Assembly: GCA_035271645.1 (NCBI GenBank)
Contig: DATERJ010000020.1
Location: 1 to 56,274, forward strand
DNA from: Candidatus Dojkabacteria bacterium
GTDB taxonomy: Bacteria > Patescibacteriota > Dojkabacteria > SC72
DNA length: 56,274 bases
Reading direction: 5' to 3'
Shown here: positions 55,401 through 56,274 of the stretch, piece by piece
How the letters are laid out: every line of letters starts with the position of its first letter
How positions within the stretch are numbered: the stretch's first letter is position 1
Position numbers and translations under genes: made by a program
The notes under the pieces: model-generated
The model's database searches: none
Told to the model about the DNA's origin: nothing
The model's input: the letters and a program-made list of their open reading frames with translations, nothing else

Positions 55401-56274
55401 ACAGCACAATCTGTATGTCTCCAATATTCTTTACACTCTGTCTCTTGCTTACTTGCTATTTGCTCTAGCACCTCAGATGAAGTACAATCACTATCACTTG
55501 TGAGAGTATCATCAACTGTCCCATACTCTAGTTTTGGACACAACTTCTGACCATCTTGACACTTCTTTTCAGTATTTGGTTTGCATAATGCACAATCACC
55601 ATTGCTTTCATTACAGTCCTCGCATATTCTCTCATCATCATAATTATAATAGCTATAACAAGCACTATCCTCCACACCTACATCACATGCGGTTTCCCAT
55701 GTTCCAGAACCTCCATACCCACTTAATGCAAATACCTTCGATCTTAAAATATCTAATATACCCCTATGTTGCATTGCAATACTCTGATTTGTAATACCTG
55801 TTACCCTTACAGGTACATAGGTAGGAGGAGTTCTACCATCACTTGTACATCCTCCCGTGGTAGTAATAGTGTCACCAATAGGAGTAACTCTAGCATCTTT
55901 ACAATCATCTTTACTACTGTATTCTCTATACAAACCAGTACATTTCTTCTGATCATACAAACAACTACACCCACCCTCAATATTAATCTTACAACAAGTT
56001 TTACTACCTCCTAAACCTAAACCTTTCTTCCTTTTATCCTGACATTCTCTGAAACTCATAGTACCTGATGTACAAGCTTTAGGACCTAAACATTTATTAT
56101 TCTTAGAATCGTATGTATAGCAATTGTTGTCTACCTTTGGTGGAGGTGGAAGATTAGCTTTACATTGAGCAATAGCATCAGCTTTATTATTCGTATTATA
56201 TTGATTAGGATAATCACCTCTACATGAACCTTCATCTCTATTGGTAATACATTGACAATCAGATGGTCCAGATT
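52436..56274 (-). CDS. Giant cysteine-rich extracellular protein, 5'-truncated by the window edge (more than 1279 codons)
   Basis: The track ORF starts at the ATG at 56059. My hand translation of the same frame from 56060 to 56274 contains no stop and stays Cys-rich (...CQCITNRDEGSCRGDYP...CKANLPPPPKVDNNCYTYDSKNNKCLGPKACTSGT-MSFRE). No signal peptide follows the internal Met. The C-terminal 276 aa (52439-53266) are paralogous to 49246-50094. Confidence 0.8.
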   Translation of the reverse strand, partial: SGPSDCQCITNRDEGSCRGDYPNQYNTNNKADAIAQCKANLPPPPKVDNNCYTYDSKNNKCLGPKACTSGTMSFRECQDKRKKGLGLGGSKTCCKINIEGGCSCLYDQKKCTGLYREYSSKDDCKDARVTPIGDTITTTGGCTSDGRTPPTYVPVRVTGITNQSIAMQHRGILDILRSKVFALSGYGGSGTWETACDVGVEDSACYSYYNYDDERICEDCNESNGDCALCKPNTEKKCQDGQKLCPKLEYGTVDDTLTSDSDCTSSEVLEQIASKQETECKEYWRHTDCAVIYRKDDPGPGYTNVRKECKGSNLEVADPSGNTHLLGNGCIVKVGDKYETAPNMTRTIVSGGCNSCYVEYVSKDNVYCGNAQVNNVFCGNSLTEVGCNNQRAPVIGCGEECKTDECVCASNCEGNGGEKITNQVDDNGAKPACGGLVVKNEQKQFCCNEDCDCNEQESGSSCSKGYNPRVGLNIDEATSTCQHDQQAFLCNDSCSCLALSNLEYDLEGEIVYADSLNEATATCNSSKSEKQFYCYKENCECYDISGVSYYFSQNFSQIANTLVFVSANDEAGAKVICKGNVKTFCCDNLCSCTESSSEEDSCAEKGIPIKAIDSSKARNACRAAKYCVYNGNTGSFMFERYGYSISDKYPCPTNTLPGYGMCYTVKVGECSSSFIAADDPLVECWKSEDGCRNDKTIKTTLSNCSKIGYIDEISCRYRSEEKENLCWDGKKSRFYTPARGIEENNPNKTVYVCFQPKDILKSSYGTPGCTSGGYYDTFTDCIKAKDGKEPLCYKADGTSCKESKNFSDCYDDSGQLKQGAYLESIVCTKNLIDTAPDVSTLGRCEDSVCSCGDGVISKDYCCQTQLFTYDVKDNAPSSDCKVDKKSEENHVAPIGNRKFCSEDECKINKESVVLKALEDKELPTIGYDSDTQKICARKKTGTDEEKTCKLREWSTLEGWINKRNYNICELKNCITSGGTGGGSLPFIPKAYAEGSEESLENHSFISYYPDDGIYQVTDGKGRTASAIGGTGGYVYYEERNGEDGYQSPEDPQNPKDNEDLIVPRSSFVKVEKVASLLDLSLKKGINIISFNLLPSVGGVDSKLTYADFLAIANRKDENVSRIATFKGGQWEGGAVYNFDTKEIKGQKEEVLTMGKGYLVMAEKDTTISVPGYAIQSPIPIAFSSGWNLIGVHGHDTQYTAKSLINSVNSIEGLKANNVTYWPTSKGMYQGFQLSEGQEYGQDFPISKDLGYFVRINEIKKDCKSIWWNPDGEGNGKCN
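54392..54949 (-). repeat. Four tandem ~45-50-aa cysteine modules within the giant protein (protein-level repeat)
   Basis: Modules begin at aa ~371-556: QFCCNEDCDC..., AFLCNDSCSC..., QFYCYKENCEC... and TFCCDNLCSC.... Each is followed by ~30 residues ending in A(T/R)xxC. Confidence 0.6.

Noticed and set aside
39323-56274. Annotating the cluster outright as a type IV secretion or conjugation system.
   Set aside because: I found no VirB4/VirD4/relaxase and no Walker A motif in any of the nine products. The resemblance is limited to membrane topology, so it is reported only as a hypothesis.
1-56274. Alternative genetic code (UGA as a sense codon, as in some CPR lineages).
   Set aside because: Standard-code ORFs yield full-length PNPase, LepA, DnaJ, AlaRS and others without breaks. 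TGA serves as the stop in the ATGA overlaps at 740-743 and 47025-47028.

Overview
This is an AT-rich, gene-dense bacterial window (roughly mid-30s % GC by eye, not computed) that uses the standard genetic code. UGA acts as a stop in the ATGA overlaps at 740-743 and 47025-47028, and all conserved genes are unbroken. Several traits suggest a small-genome, Gram-positive-like Patescibacteria/CPR-type organism; this is an inference. The traits are N-terminally short IF-2, short AlaRS, a form II/III-like RuBisCO, solute-binding proteins anchored by TM helices rather than lipoboxes, a sortase, and many surface proteins built as a TM anchor plus FN3/Ig-like domains. From 1 to 39.3 kb the content is mostly housekeeping: a Phd/PIN toxin-antitoxin pair, rsmE, an RsmB-like methyltransferase, and nusA-infB-[RuBisCO]-rpsO-pnp. 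These are followed by dnaJ, sortase, alaS-ruvX-mltG, an LCP protein, holA, rpsT, an iron/cobalamin-type ABC importer followed directly by an Erm-like rRNA methyltransferase, lepA, a NYN protein, recF, a TPR protein, an RpfB-like wall hydrolase and uvrD/pcrA. From 39.3 to 56.3 kb there is an unbroken minus-strand run of nine ORFs encoding only membrane or secreted proteins. It includes two giant cysteine-rich paralogues, one of which runs off the right edge. It also includes a sortase-signal FN3 protein, a polytopic membrane protein, an 885-aa protein with a C-terminal HExxH domain and a PGRP-like/SH3b protein. I saw no ATPase in this run. This cluster is my best candidate for an undescribed cell-surface or secretion system. 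I could not support any rRNA, tRNA, CRISPR array, transposase or integrase.
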